Assembly (NCBI GenBank): GCA_963712275.1
Contig: CAVQHD010000001.1
Location: 384,001-448,000 of the forward strand
Direction of reading: 5' to 3'
Source of the DNA: an uncultured Rhabdochlamydiaceae bacterium
GTDB lineage: Bacteria > Chlamydiota > Chlamydiia > Chlamydiales > Rhabdochlamydiaceae
DNA length: 64,000 bases
Each line of letters starts with the position of its first letter. Position 1 is the stretch's first letter. The translations under genes were made by a program, and so were the position numbers. Of the stretch, positions 49,337 to 57,789 are shown one piece after another. The notes under the pieces are model-generated. The model ran no database searches and was not told the origin of the DNA. It was given only the letters and a program-made list of their open reading frames with translations.

Positions 49337-52271
49337 TATTTTATCAAGCGGCACTCGTCTTGAGTCCCGTCTATTTTTAGAAGCATCTGCAGGCACTGGA
49401 AAAACGTTTACAATCGAACATTTGGTTGTTCGGCTGCTCATCGAAACCTCGATTTCTCTTGACCGGCTCATCGTCGTCACATTTACTCGAGCGGCGACGC
49501 GAGAATTGAAAGAGAGGATCCGGCATAACTTAGAGCAGATCGCCGAGGGGAAAGGAAGCTACTCTTACTTGCAAGGGATCTCTGATCTTCAATATGCAAA
49601 AATTCGGGAAGCGCTGACAAGCTTTGAATCAGCTCAGATCTTAACCATCCATGGATTTTGCTCCCATCTTCTCAAAGAGTTTGCCTTAGAAGCAGGCGCC
49701 GGCCTTAAACTCTCAGAATGGAGTGAAGAGGAGCAGCAGTGGGAAGTAAAAGAATTCCTTCGCAGCCAAACCGCCATCTCCTCAGGACAAATGCGCCGCC
49801 TCCTCGGATCATTTCAGAACAATATCGATCGGTTTATCGAAGCGATTCTTCGTGCGCCGGATAGGACGCCTCCTCCCTCTGAAAATCTGCTCCAGGAAGT
49901 AAACTCTCTTCTTAAAAACATCACCCCTTTTGCAGTCGCCGAAGAATTTGAAGAGGCCCGCTCCTCTTATAAGGGGATGGCATCAGAGGAGTTTGAAGGG
50001 CAAGCTAAAGAACTTGAAGGGGCTCTGACGCAAAGAGAGCTCTCCGCTAAAGTGTGGAATCGATGGATCACCGCCCCCTTTTTCTTGAAAAACCTCTGCC
50101 CTTCGCAGCTGAAAGTGCGGGCTAAAACCAGTGCCTCGCGGCGGCTCTCTGACTTAAGAGAAATCATTCTCCCTCGACTAGAAAGGGCCCAAAATCGGGA
50201 TCAGATCTTCTTAAAACTGACAGGAGCATGGCATCTTCACCGCAAAAAAATCTCCCAGCAGAGTGAAAAGGTCTCTCCTGATGACCTTCTTCAATTGATT
50301 CATTCTAAGCTCTCTGATCCTTGGTTTGTTCAAGCCGTTCGAAAAAAATACGAGGCGGTGATCGTCGACGAATTTCAAGATACCGATCCTCTTCAGTGGG
50401 AGATCTTCAAGACGATTTTTCTCGAAGACAGAGCTAAATCAGTCTATTTAGTTGGGGACCCCAAGCAGTCGATCTACGCGTTTCGGTCGGCCGATATTTA
50501 CACCTATCTAGACGCTGCGCGCCGCTTTGGCGTTGGCCAGAAGGAAGCCCTTTTACATAATTTCCGCTCCTCTTCCCAGCTCCTCTCTCAAATGAATCGG
50601 CTTCTGTGCTGCGCCCCCTGGATGGACCTCCCTAAGCAAGGAACTTATCTGGAAATCCCCCAGGCAATTTCTGTAAATGAGGGGGCAGGAGAGCTCTGTT
50701 TCATGGTGGCCGAAGGTGAAAAAGGGCGGCAAGGGGCTCGACAAGGGGCTCGACAGGGCCGGTGGCCAACCCCTGACATCGAAGAGACTCTTTTCTTCCC
50801 CTTTATTGTGGAGGAAATTCAGACCCATCAACTCTCTCCTAGTCAAACAGCCATTCTTGTCAAAGACCGGTACCAAGCAGAGCGTGTAAAGAAATTTCTT
50901 GATTTTTGGAGAGTTCCTGCCTCCCTCTATCGAGCCTCCCCCCTTCGAGATTCTCCCGTCCTTGAGTTTCTAGAGGAAGTTGCTGATGCCTGTATCGAAG
51001 ACTTTAACTTGGCTTCCATTAAGAAAGTCCTATTAGGCCCCTTTATTGCAACTCCTCTTAGTGAACTCACCTCCGAGCGCGTCTTTCAAGCAAAACAATT
51101 CTTTAAAACACTTAAACAAACATGGTTTGACCAAGGGTTTACAACTTTTTTCGCCCAGTTTTTAGAGGGAAAGGAATTGGATCCATCTCTCTACGAAGAC
51201 CTTCTTGAAATCATTCAGAAAGTTGGACCCTCCTCCCATCACCCTTATCAACTCAAACAACGCCTTGCAGAGATCAAGCAGTATGAAACAGAGAGCCGCA
51301 TCTCCACCCACCCGGAAGGCGTTCAAATCATGACGATCCATGCAAGTAAAGGGCTTGAGTTTGAAACAGTCTTCGCCTTAGGGCTTGCCTCTCGCACCCC
51401 TGCCTCAGATTTACCTGAAGAGATACTCAAAGAACTCGACGCCGAAAAAATGCGGCAGTTCTATGTCGCTCTGACGCGGGCGAAAAAGCGGCTTTACATC
51501 CCCATTGCCCGCGAGCTTCCCACACCCAGTTACGCTTTGGGAGAAGCCTCCCCCATTGAGCTTTTCTTAGCAAAAGCAGCGCCCGACCTTTCGTCCTTTT
51601 CTCAACAATTTTTAAATGGAAGAACATTCCAACTTCATCAAGAAGAGCTCCATCTAAAAACTGAAGCCCCACTGATGACAAAGCCAGCAGCGCCGCCCCG
51701 CTTCATCCAATCTTTCTCCTCTTTAGCGCAAGAGACCTCTCTCCCAGCCAAAGGAGAAACGCAAGGGATCCAAGCCGGCGCCCAAACAGGCGTGATCATC
51801 CACCGCATTCTAGAAAGGTATTTTAACCGCGAGGCGGACCTCCAGCAGCTCATTTCACAAGAGATTGGGCGGACCCCTTTGGCTCTCCAAGGCGCTACCC
51901 TCTACCAGATGATCACTCAAGCGTTGGAGCTCTCTCTTGGAACATTTTGCCTTAAAGGAATCTCCTTAGACAAGGTTCAAACTGAAATGGAATTTCTCTA
52001 CTCGACGAAGGATGGTTGGATGAAAGGGTACATCGATCTTTGCTTTCAACATGAGGGGCGCCTCTATGCTGTCGACTGGAAAACCAATCTGCTCGAAAAT
52101 ACCGATGATCCAACTATTCTTCGGCTCATGCAATCGCACGACTATCTCCTGCAAGGGCAGATCTATACGCAAGCGATTCAAAAATATCTTTTACGCTATT
52201 CAAAAATAACCTTTGGAGGAGTCTTCTTTATCTTCCTCCGCGGCCCTGCCGTTTATACCGTATCTAGCTGA
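49323..52271 (+). CDS. recB: Exodeoxyribonuclease V beta subunit
   Basis: EASAGTGKT, VDEFQDTD, VGDPKQSIYAFR, TIHASKGLEF, YVALTRA, GYIDL...VDWKTN; GTG 49323 chosen. Confidence 0.95.
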   Translation: MSSFDILSSGTRLESRLFLEASAGTGKTFTIEHLVVRLLIETSISLDRLIVVTFTRAATRELKERIRHNLEQIAEGKGSYSYLQGISDLQYAKIREALTSFESAQILTIHGFCSHLLKEFALEAGAGLKLSEWSEEEQQWEVKEFLRSQTAISSGQMRRLLGSFQNNIDRFIEAILRAPDRTPPPSENLLQEVNSLLKNITPFAVAEEFEEARSSYKGMASEEFEGQAKELEGALTQRELSAKVWNRWITAPFFLKNLCPSQLKVRAKTSASRRLSDLREIILPRLERAQNRDQIFLKLTGAWHLHRKKISQQSEKVSPDDLLQLIHSKLSDPWFVQAVRKKYEAVIVDEFQDTDPLQWEIFKTIFLEDRAKSVYLVGDPKQSIYAFRSADIYTYLDAARRFGVGQKEALLHNFRSSSQLLSQMNRLLCCAPWMDLPKQGTYLEIPQAISVNEGAGELCFMVAEGEKGRQGARQGARQGRWPTPDIEETLFFPFIVEEIQTHQLSPSQTAILVKDRYQAERVKKFLDFWRVPASLYRASPLRDSPVLEFLEEVADACIEDFNLASIKKVLLGPFIATPLSELTSERVFQAKQFFKTLKQTWFDQGFTTFFAQFLEGKELDPSLYEDLLEIIQKVGPSSHHPYQLKQRLAEIKQYETESRISTHPEGVQIMTIHASKGLEFETVFALGLASRTPASDLPEEILKELDAEKMRQFYVALTRAKKRLYIPIARELPTPSYALGEASPIELFLAKAAPDLSSFSQQFLNGRTFQLHQEELHLKTEAPLMTKPAAPPRFIQSFSSLAQETSLPAKGETQGIQAGAQTGVIIHRILERYFNREADLQQLISQEIGRTPLALQGATLYQMITQALELSLGTFCLKGISLDKVQTEMEFLYSTKDGWMKGYIDLCFQHEGRLYAVDWKTNLLENTDDPTILRLMQSHDYLLQGQIYTQAIQKYLLRYSKITFGGVFFIFLRGPAVYTVSS

Positions 52272-53520
52272 ATTTCACATACTTATAAAATATTTCTATT
52301 CTGAGTCTACAATTTCAAAAAAAGAATTGAATTAAATTCAAAATTAAACTATAATCGTAATTAACAGTAAAAGTTAATTATATTATATGAGGATTTTATG
52401 AGTATTGAAGTAGGTTCTTTTCAAGAGCAGATAGAATATCCAATATTACAGGATACATTCGCAAAAACTAATGAAACAGCTGAAGATTTTGATACAAAAC
52501 CTGATAGAATTTTCCGTGCCAAAATAGCAGCTAGTGAAGCCAAATTTGATAAAGCTTTACAAGGTGTACCTAAAGAGCAGTGGCACTTGTTATTTATCGA
52601 TTGCGAGAAATGGAAGCAAATAGATGTACTAGAGGTGGATACACAACTTTTCGATAACACAGGGCAGCCCGGCTATTATAGGGCCATGATAAAGACATGG
52701 GAGTTTATTAGACATAATCTGAACACAAAAATGGATGCACAACAGTTTTGTAATCTTCACGATATGTGCGTAAATAAAGTTTATACTGATATTCACAAAA
52801 CAGATTTTTTACAAAAAGGATATGCTCCTGAGTGGGCCTACGATTTTAAGCGTAATGAAATGAGTGTGGGGGCTTGTCAAGAGTGTGTAAATGAAAAAAT
52901 ACTTGATCTCAACTTTGAAAAAAGAGACCAGCCACTTCCAGGATATTTGGCTTTTTTTAGTGTTAAAGACGAAGACACTACAATTGGCAAGGTTTGCAGC
53001 AGTTTCTTACACCCTGACGAGTTGCCAGCAGTTCATGGCACAATTAATGGATTATTCGAAAAATATTATACAAGTATTGAGCTTGCACAATCCAATGAGC
53101 AAAAACTAGAAGCTATTGCCAAATTGTGTCGCGCGCTTCAAATATTTCATGTGTTTCCAGATGGAAATGGAAGAACGATTTTATTCGCTTTACTCCCTAA
53201 ACTGCTGATAGAAAATGGGTTTTCTCCAGCTATTCTAGAGGATGTAAACATTTTCAATGGCTACCATGAAACGTCTAACTTGGTCACAATGATTCAAGAG
53301 GGGATACAACGTTATGAGAGGCTTGTCGCCTATTTCAATTGGCTCAAAATAACCCAAAAATCGACTTAAACTGAATCCGTAGGCAGTCTCTAAGGCTGGA
53401 CAAATGCAAGGTCAGATCTATACGCAAGCGATTCAAAAATATCTTTTATGTTATTCAAAAATAATCTTTGGCGAAGTCTTCTTTATCTTCCTCCGCGGCC
53501 CTGCCGTCTATACTGTATCT
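52150..53520 (+). repeat. 116-bp direct repeat of the recB 3' end (52150-52265 and 53405-53520) bracketing the Fic gene
   Basis: TGCAAGG.CAGATCTATACGCAAGCG...CCGCGGCCCTGCCGT.TATAC.GTATCT occurs twice with about 8 mismatches. Confidence 0.92.
52398..53369 (+). CDS. Fic-domain protein
   Basis: HVFPDGNGRT motif; AT-rich; own TATAAT and GAGG upstream. Confidence 0.9.
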   Translation: MSIEVGSFQEQIEYPILQDTFAKTNETAEDFDTKPDRIFRAKIAASEAKFDKALQGVPKEQWHLLFIDCEKWKQIDVLEVDTQLFDNTGQPGYYRAMIKTWEFIRHNLNTKMDAQQFCNLHDMCVNKVYTDIHKTDFLQKGYAPEWAYDFKRNEMSVGACQECVNEKILDLNFEKRDQPLPGYLAFFSVKDEDTTIGKVCSSFLHPDELPAVHGTINGLFEKYYTSIELAQSNEQKLEAIAKLCRALQIFHVFPDGNGRTILFALLPKLLIENGFSPAILEDVNIFNGYHETSNLVTMIQEGIQRYERLVAYFNWLKITQKST

Positions 53521-53605
53521 GATTGATATTGAATGATCTTTATCTTGAGCTGGAATGATGAGGGGTAATTTGCTATAATCTTTACACATTACAGCAAGGC
53601 AACCT

Positions 53606-54610
53606 ATGAATAGAATAAATCCTTTTAATTGGGTAGATCCCTCAAAACACCGCTACATTTACTATGTTCTTGTAGGTGTGGCAGGAACTATAGCCGCTGT
53701 TGCGCTTGCGGCTCTTAAGAAGGGCAGCCGTTATCAGGTAGCAGCTGGCTTTGGACTCAGTGTGATGACTTGTGCTTACGGCGTCTATCAGCTAACACGC
53801 CAGGGAAAAAAACCTGGTTCATCAGGAAATTCAACCCCAAAACCTCAATTAACAACTCCGCAAAGCACTGGTACTCCTTTAGACCCTCCTCAATCATTAG
53901 CAGTAATATTTACTAAGCTCAAAGAAGAGATCGTAAAGACCAAACCCTTCGATGAGATTGCAGCTACTCAACAAAAGGGGACACTGCCACCCCCAATGCA
54001 AACCTCTCAAATCACTCATGCGCATGAAATATTCCCCCATGTCTTTTTAGGTGATTATGTGGCTTATTTATCGATTGACCCACGATTTGTTAAAGGTTTT
54101 CCTAACGCGATGCAAAATCCCATAAGTTGCACATTCGACGATCCCATTTCTCAACAACAACAACAATATTATGACTCCCTTGATCATGCTGGATACTCAG
54201 ATAAAAATTTTAAAACTGTCATTAGTGTAACTCGTTTTGATCCTAAAAAAAGCAAAGAACCTTACCATAATTTTCAACCCAATCTAGGTAGTATCGAGAG
54301 AATACAAATACTCGTGAATGATGGGGAATGGTCATGGGAGCGCATCGAAGAAGATCTTGATCGCATTTTCGATAAGATTGATGCTGCTTTATTAAATCAA
54401 ACAAACATCCTCATTCACTGTACGCAAGGGCAAACGAGAAGCGCTTGTGTGCTTTGCGCTTACCTAATCAATCGGTGCGGGGTGCCATTAGAGGACGCTT
54501 TTAATTTCCTCAAATCTAAACGGCATCAAGTGAGTTTCGAGCAGAATCCCGATATCGAAGCCGGCTTAAAAAAATATGCATTTTCACAGCAGAAAAAACG
54601 GCGTCAGTAA
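53606..54610 (+). CDS. Membrane-anchored dual-specificity protein phosphatase
   Basis: EIFPHVFLG, ILIHCTQGQTRSACVLCAYLI (HCx5R), AFNFLKSKR; two N-terminal hydrophobic helices. Confidence 0.88.
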   Translation: MNRINPFNWVDPSKHRYIYYVLVGVAGTIAAVALAALKKGSRYQVAAGFGLSVMTCAYGVYQLTRQGKKPGSSGNSTPKPQLTTPQSTGTPLDPPQSLAVIFTKLKEEIVKTKPFDEIAATQQKGTLPPPMQTSQITHAHEIFPHVFLGDYVAYLSIDPRFVKGFPNAMQNPISCTFDDPISQQQQQYYDSLDHAGYSDKNFKTVISVTRFDPKKSKEPYHNFQPNLGSIERIQILVNDGEWSWERIEEDLDRIFDKIDAALLNQTNILIHCTQGQTRSACVLCAYLINRCGVPLEDAFNFLKSKRHQVSFEQNPDIEAGLKKYAFSQQKKRRQ

Positions 54611-54627
54611 GCGGACTCCAATCGCAA

Positions 54628-54796
54628 TTATACTCCGATCTATTGAAAAATTGACATTTGGGCTGCGTCAAAGCCCCGGGGTTCGATCATCGCAAGTGGG
54701 TCCGTATTGGATTAATACTGACCCACTTGCGATGATCGAACCGCGGGAGCTTTCACGTCAGCCCAAATGTCAATTTTTCAATAGATCGGAGTATAA
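54628..54796. repeat. 169-bp near-perfect palindromic element
   Basis: 38-bp perfect outer IR TTATACTCCGATCTATTGAAAAATTGACATTTGGGCTG plus inner IR GGTTCGATCATCGCAAGTGGGTC. Confidence 0.9.
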
Positions 54797-54824
54797 GTAG
54801 AAAGTCTCCCCTTTCATGCTTTAT

Positions 54825-55001
54825 CCGTTGATGGAAGAAAACCAAGTGCTTTAGCGCTTGGATGAATTCCGCCATTTTGTTAGACTGATTGTGTCTTAAC
54901 GGACTAGCCGCTGGAATGGCGGGTAAAAGCCTGTTGGAGCTGCCCTTAAGTTGGGAGCTATGAATCAGGAATCTCGTGCCCTTTAGGGCCGAGAGGTTCA
55001 A
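54825..55001 (+). mobile_element. Non-autonomous IS200/IS605 derivative (both ends plus an omegaRNA-like segment, no tnpA/tnpB)
   Basis: Left hairpin CCAAGTGC-TTTA-GCGCTTGG; right end GAAT-CTCGTGCCC-TTTA-GGGCCGAG...TCAA. Left boundary uncertain (after TTTAT 54824 or TTGAT 54832). Confidence 0.7.
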
Positions 55002-55012
55002 CATCTGGGTTC

Positions 55013-56422
55013 ATGCTCAATCAACTTTTAGACGAGGGGTTCCTACAGCCGCTCGACCTTTACTTCGCCGACATGCACAAACCCTGCAGCCTGCCTGAGC
55101 GGGCTTTTCTTGCGGCGGTGATGCAGGCAGCTCGACAGGGGCATCTTTGTTTGGATTTAAGCTCTTTAGAGGCGCCTGTAGGCTCTTTTGGGCTGGCGTG
55201 GAAAGAGGCGGTGTTAGCAGGAGCTTCTATCGCATCTCCTTATCTTGTGATCGAAAATCACTGTGTCTACCTGAAAAAAAATTACCACTATGAAACAGAG
55301 GTTTTAAATCACCTGAAGAAGCTTTTAGGCCCTTCTCTACTTCCTCGAGTGAAAGCAAATCTAACCCCTGAGCAGCAGACGGCATTTGACCTAGTGCGAT
55401 CTGAAAATCTCTCTATCATTGAAGGAGGTCCCGGAACAGGAAAAACATACCTAATCTCAGAGCTTGTCAAAAGTTTTGGCCCTGAAAGCCAGATCATTTT
55501 AACAGCCCCCACAGGAAAAGCAGCAGCGCGCCTTAAGGAAAAAAATGAACATGCGATCTGTGGAACATTGCATTCCATTCTTGGGATTAAATCAGATCGC
55601 AATTGGGGAAATCATCAGGCTTTTCTTCAGGCTGATTTGATTGTCGTTGATGAAGCGTCGATGATCGACGCAAAAATGATGATGGTGCTTCTAAAGACTT
55701 TGCAAGCGGGCCAAAGAATCGTCTTTCTAGGAGATGGCCATCAACTTCCTCCCGTAGAGTCGGGAAGCCTTTTTAATGACTTGATCGATCTCATTCCAAC
55801 GGCCCACCTCCGTACCTGTCACCGCTCGGATCGAAGGGAAATTCTTGAGCTTGCCCAGTCCATCTTGGAGGGAAGGCCTCCTGTCCCCACAGCCCCCTTG
55901 TCGAAGGAAAAGATCATCGAGTTTGCACGCAGGCAGGAAGGAAGCCGTGCGATCTTAACACCCTTAAGAGAAGGTCCTTGGGGAGTGAAAGAATTAAATC
56001 AAATAATTGATGCAGCTTTAAAGGTCCGCGGCGAAAGAACAATTCCTATAATCATTACCCGAAACGATCCTGAAACAGGGCTTTCCAATGGCGATACAGG
56101 GATCCTGATCACCTCTTCAGAGAGGCCCCTTTACGCCCTCATAGATTCTAGAAGATTTTCACCTGCTGAGCTGCCTCCCTATGAGATGGCTTACGCCTTA
56201 TCGATCCATAAGAGCCAAGGGAGCGAATTTGATCATGTCCTCGTGCTCGCTCCCGAGGGAACTGAAACATTCGGCTGTGAGGTGCTTTATACAGCTGCGA
56301 CAAGAGCCCGCGAGAGCATCACTTTATATGGGGAGCAAGAGGTCGTTGCACAAACAGTGCTCCGTTCCTCTTGCAAACGGTCCGGATTGAAAAAACGGTT
56401 CCTAACTACCCTGTCTATTTGA
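55013..56422 (+). CDS. recD: Exodeoxyribonuclease V alpha subunit
   Basis: GGPGTGKT, APTGKAA, VDEASM, GDGHQLPPV, NGDTG, SIHKSQGSEF, LYTAATRA. Confidence 0.93.
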   Translation: MLNQLLDEGFLQPLDLYFADMHKPCSLPERAFLAAVMQAARQGHLCLDLSSLEAPVGSFGLAWKEAVLAGASIASPYLVIENHCVYLKKNYHYETEVLNHLKKLLGPSLLPRVKANLTPEQQTAFDLVRSENLSIIEGGPGTGKTYLISELVKSFGPESQIILTAPTGKAAARLKEKNEHAICGTLHSILGIKSDRNWGNHQAFLQADLIVVDEASMIDAKMMMVLLKTLQAGQRIVFLGDGHQLPPVESGSLFNDLIDLIPTAHLRTCHRSDRREILELAQSILEGRPPVPTAPLSKEKIIEFARRQEGSRAILTPLREGPWGVKELNQIIDAALKVRGERTIPIIITRNDPETGLSNGDTGILITSSERPLYALIDSRRFSPAELPPYEMAYALSIHKSQGSEFDHVLVLAPEGTETFGCEVLYTAATRARESITLYGEQEVVAQTVLRSSCKRSGLKKRFLTTLSI

Positions 56423-56695
56423 AAGACGAGACTTGGTGCGAGCTGCTTTGTTGATTTTAAAGCATCCCGTTTTAACACCTTTGTCCATCAGACTGTAGAC
56501 TTGATTGAGCTCTGTTTGCATCTTGGCTTTATCTCCTGCAGTAACAGAGGCTTCGTACGACCGAATCGCCGTCCTAACAGTTGCTTTAAAGCTCCTATTT
56601 GCAAGGCGCCGTTTTGCATTTTGATTATCCCGTTTTTTCGCGGAAGAAATACGTCCGCTTTTTTTCTTTTCCGCTTCTTTCTTTTCTTCTGCCAT
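56402..56695 (-). CDS. rpsT: 30S ribosomal protein S20
   Basis: SAKKR..QNAKRRLANRS, DKGVK.G, NKAARTKSRL. Confidence 0.95.
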   Translation of the reverse strand: MAEEKKEAEKKKSGRISSAKKRDNQNAKRRLANRSFKATVRTAIRSYEASVTAGDKAKMQTELNQVYSLMDKGVKTGCFKINKAARTKSRLSNRQGS

Positions 56696-56723
56696 AATGG
56701 TCCTTGTAAGTAATGGGCTGATT

Positions 56724-57188
56724 ATGGGTCAAAAATGGTTTAATTTCAACTTTTCTTATTCGCTGGTGGTGATTGGAGCTGCCGTCTTTTTGATTCTGGG
56801 ATCCCAGGCAGCGGCTGCTCTGTGGAATTATGGGCGGCTTAACTCTCAGGCAAAAGCATCTATTAACACCTGGGAAGTCGTTCAAAAATCTTCTTCCTCT
56901 TTTGCATTAAAAGTCGTCTACCAGTTTGAATTTAAAGAAAATATTCACCAAGGAGAAATGGTGCTAGCCCCTCCCTACCACTTCAACCGCCCTTCTGCTG
57001 AAAAAGCCGCAAGCAACTTAGAAAAAAAAGAGTGGGCGGTTTGGGTCAATAGCCACAACCCGGAGGTCTCTTCTCTGGAAAGGGAATTTCCGCTAAAAAA
57101 AACAATTTATGCGTTCATTGCTCTTGGAATCACGCTCTATTTTGGGTTTTTACAGCAGAGCTCCAAAATTCGAATCCAGGCAAACTGA
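56724..57188 (+). CDS. Membrane protein with two terminal TM helices (DUF3592-like)
   Basis: TM-soluble-TM architecture; start uncertain (56697 or 56724). Confidence 0.65.
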   Translation: MGQKWFNFNFSYSLVVIGAAVFLILGSQAAAALWNYGRLNSQAKASINTWEVVQKSSSSFALKVVYQFEFKENIHQGEMVLAPPYHFNRPSAEKAASNLEKKEWAVWVNSHNPEVSSLEREFPLKKTIYAFIALGITLYFGFLQQSSKIRIQAN

Positions 57189-57763
57189 AGCCAAAAACGG
57201 AGCCCCTGGGGTGAGCGGTAAGAGCGAAGAACCTGATCAAGAGCCTCTAGGCCGTGGGTGGCGCACCAGCTATGAAGATCTCCTGCAAAGTGGAGTTGCC
57301 ACGATCGGTCTGAGACCTTTAAAAAAGGGTGCCTGGGGGCGTTAATCTGAATGGGCAGGGGGTCGCTCCGATATTTGCGTACTTGACCCTCTAAAACCTC
57401 AATTTGATCATAGATGGACCGCCCGTTGGTAAAGTAAGTTGGATAAGAGGTTCTTAAAAATTTTTCTGCAGGCGAGACCCGCCGCTGATTAAACTCCCCT
57501 TCATGTAAAATCCACACAACCTGATACCCGCTATAATCTTGGCATCGACGAGTCGCAAGCTCAAGGCTTATTGGGGAGAGTTGTACTTCAAAAACAATTT
57601 TTTCTTTTTCCCAAAAGGCATCTGCTCTTCGAGCGCCAAGTCTTTTTTCGAGCTCAAGTTCGGGAATTTGTTTTTTCAGATGGCATTGGATCTCTTCATG
57701 TGCTATGCTTTTTCCCAAATGACGCCGCTGAATACTTTTCAAAACCATTGACAACAAGACCAC
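57137..57763 (-). CDS. CoiA-like PD-(D/E)xK nuclease-domain protein
   Basis: LEKRLGARRAD....IVFEVQLSPIS...Y..GYQVVWIL; start uncertain. Confidence 0.7.
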   Translation of the reverse strand: MVLLSMVLKSIQRRHLGKSIAHEEIQCHLKKQIPELELEKRLGARRADAFWEKEKIVFEVQLSPISLELATRRCQDYSGYQVVWILHEGEFNQRRVSPAEKFLRTSYPTYFTNGRSIYDQIEVLEGQVRKYRSDPLPIQINAPRHPFLKVSDRSWQLHFAGDLHSWCATHGLEALDQVLRSYRSPQGLRFWLQFAWIRILELCCKNPK

Positions 57764-57789
57764 ATTAGACAGAGAATCTTAATTATCAC

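Noticed and set aside
54825..55001. 6S RNA or riboswitch
   Set aside because: The terminal hairpins, GAAT guide and TCAA end fit IS200/IS605 ends better; I saw no long rod-like pairing of the two ends.
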